The notes beneath the pieces are model-generated. The model saw only the letters and a program-made list of their open reading frames with translations. It did not search any database and was not told the DNA's origin. The position numbers were made by a program, and so were the translations under genes. From an uncultured bacterium (lineage in GTDB: Bacteria; Verrucomicrobiota; Verrucomicrobiia; Limisphaerales; UBA8199), in the NCBI GenBank assembly GCA_963749495.1, contig CAVVMW010000019.1, positions 32,001-96,000 on the forward strand: 64,000 bases of DNA, in the 5' to 3' direction. Positions 62,418-64,000 of this stretch are shown piece after piece (position 1 is the first letter of the stretch; the number at the start of each line of letters is the position of its first letter).

Positions 62418-63381
62418 CGAATCCTCGGAAGTACTTGTCTCGGTAATAATAGTGAGTTGGAACGCTCGCGACTATCTCTTACAGTGTCTTGAGTCCCTCT
62501 CGTCCGAGGCGTGCGCCTATCCAATGGAGATCATCGTCGTAGACAACGCCTCAACCGACGGGTCGTCGGAAACCGTCGAGAGCCGATTCCCCCAGGTGCG
62601 TTTGATTCGAACTGGGGACAACCTTGGGTTCGCCAAGGGGAACAACATCGGCATTTCTCGGAGCACGGGCCGGTATTTGTGCCTGGTTAACTCAGATGTG
62701 AAGATACTCAAGGACTGCATCACGCGGCTCGTGGACTATTGCGAGAAGCAGGCAGATGTTGGTATGGTCGGTCCTCGGATGATTGGTCGCGACAGCAAAC
62801 TTCAGCGCTCATGCCGTGGATTTCCAACCCTGTGGAATATGACGTGCCGCGCTTTCGGTTTGGACACGATGTTTCCTCGAGTGCAACTCTTCAGCGGGCA
62901 CTCACTTCGCCATTGGTCGCACGATTCGCTTCGCCCTGTTGATATTCTCGGCGGCTGGTTTTGGCTGCTCCGCCGCGAGGCAGTCGATCAGGTCGGCTTG
63001 CTGGACGAGTCGTTTTTCATGTACGGTGAGGATATGGACTGGTGCAAACGCTTCTGGAGTCATGGTTGGAAGTTGGTCTTCGTTCCTTCGGCTGAAGCCA
63101 TCCATTATGGAGGAGCGAGTTCCGCGAATGCCCCGGTGCGCTTTTACATCGAACGTCATAGGGCCGACCTGCATTACTGGAGAAAACACAACTGCAGACC
63201 CGCTTTCGCCTGCTTCTTCTTAATCTCTTGCCTGCACTTGCTCCTGCGGGCTGGCGGCTACTCGCTTGCCTTTCTGGCGAAAAGAGGAGCCCAACCTGAG
63301 TACCGTCCCAAGATCATCAGAAGCCTCGCGTGCCTGCAGTGGATGCTCACCAGGCGAGTTCCGACCATAAAAACCCCCTAA
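62410..63381 (+). CDS. GT2 glycosyltransferase (WbbL-like)
   Basis: SVIIVSWN, VVDNASTDGS, NLGFAKGNN, LVNSD, FFMYGEDMDWC. Confidence 0.93.
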   Translation: MANESSEVLVSVIIVSWNARDYLLQCLESLSSEACAYPMEIIVVDNASTDGSSETVESRFPQVRLIRTGDNLGFAKGNNIGISRSTGRYLCLVNSDVKILKDCITRLVDYCEKQADVGMVGPRMIGRDSKLQRSCRGFPTLWNMTCRAFGLDTMFPRVQLFSGHSLRHWSHDSLRPVDILGGWFWLLRREAVDQVGLLDESFFMYGEDMDWCKRFWSHGWKLVFVPSAEAIHYGGASSANAPVRFYIERHRADLHYWRKHNCRPAFACFFLISCLHLLLRAGGYSLAFLAKRGAQPEYRPKIIRSLACLQWMLTRRVPTIKTP

Positions 63382-63388
63382 TTCTGCC

Positions 63389-64000
63389 ATGCAAAACCGA
63401 TACGTGCTGCTCACAGCGGCCAAGAACGAGGAGGCCTACATAGGTCAGGCCATCAAGTCTGTCGTGCGCCAAACCGTGCCTCCTCTAGCTTGGTTCATTG
63501 TGGACGACGGGTCAACGGATCGAACGGCGCAGATCGTCCGGGACTTTGCACGGGCATATCGCTACATCCGGCTTAAGATTCTCCCTCCGAGGACAGGGCG
63601 CGATTTTGGGGCTCAATATCGGGCGATCCAAACCGGCTACGAATCGGCCTGTGACTTGCATTTCGATTTCGTCGGAGTCCACGACGCGGACGTTGCACCC
63701 GAGCGCACGGACTACTACGGCTCGGTTCTCAAGCAATTCGAGCTGAATCCTCGGTTAGGCATAGCCGGCGGTTATATTTATGAGCGCTCGCGGGGGATTT
63801 GGGCCTGCCGCAGGGGCAACTCTGCGCACTCGGTTGCCGGTGGCATTCAGATGTTTCGTCGCGCTTGCTTTGAGGGAATCAACGGATACACGCCCCTGCG
63901 CGTTGGAGGCTCGGATTGGCTGGCCCAGATCCAAGCCCGAATGGCAGGGTGGGAGGTTCAGGCGTATCCGGAACACCGGGTTCTCCACTACCGCCCCACA
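63389..64000 (+). CDS. GT2 glycosyltransferase, runs off the window end
   Basis: Manual translation: MQNRYVLLTAAKNEE..IVDDGSTDRT..HDAD..GGIQMFRRACFE. Confidence 0.9.
   Translation, partial: MQNRYVLLTAAKNEEAYIGQAIKSVVRQTVPPLAWFIVDDGSTDRTAQIVRDFARAYRYIRLKILPPRTGRDFGAQYRAIQTGYESACDLHFDFVGVHDADVAPERTDYYGSVLKQFELNPRLGIAGGYIYERSRGIWACRRGNSAHSVAGGIQMFRRACFEGINGYTPLRVGGSDWLAQIQARMAGWEVQAYPEHRVLHYRPT

Noticed and set aside
1..64000. tRNA, rRNA, riboswitch or prophage genes
   Set aside because: None recognised; a covariance-model search was not possible

Overview
High-GC bacterial chromosomal segment. The gene repertoire (PSCyt1-type cytochrome c, CotH/lamin-tail protein, Ser/Thr kinase-WD40, Tat-exported Gfo/Idh/MocA, secreted proteins ending in R-F/Y-Y-R) suggests Verrucomicrobiota, Pedosphaera/Limisphaera-like; this is an inference. 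Left to right: a TMTC-like TPR membrane protein; RAYT and apgM remnants; two sensor kinases; a secreted protein whose 3' end is duplicated around a DUF433/PIN toxin-antitoxin pair; two inverted copies of a 2.7 kb tyrosine-recombinase + IS91-type HUH transposase element flanking a large CotH/LTD gene; housekeeping genes; a full-length group II intron; a GT9-GT71-GT fusion coupled to a Ser/Thr kinase-WD40 gene; mazG; three mosaic MBG-repeat adhesins, one with 19 x 249 bp repeats; regulators; and the start of a polysaccharide locus headed by a NusG paralog. The strongest novelty candidate is the Int+HUH element. Its ends have integron-cassette (attC-like) geometry, would form a long hairpin when the element circularises, carry GTTG at both junctions, and one copy sits inside a REP hairpin. 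Other candidates are a shared C-terminal module on five secreted proteins with different N-terminal domains and many heptamer or palindromic micro-insertions tolerated in frame. About ten single-base frameshifts are probably assembly errors. No rRNA, tRNA or CRISPR array was seen.
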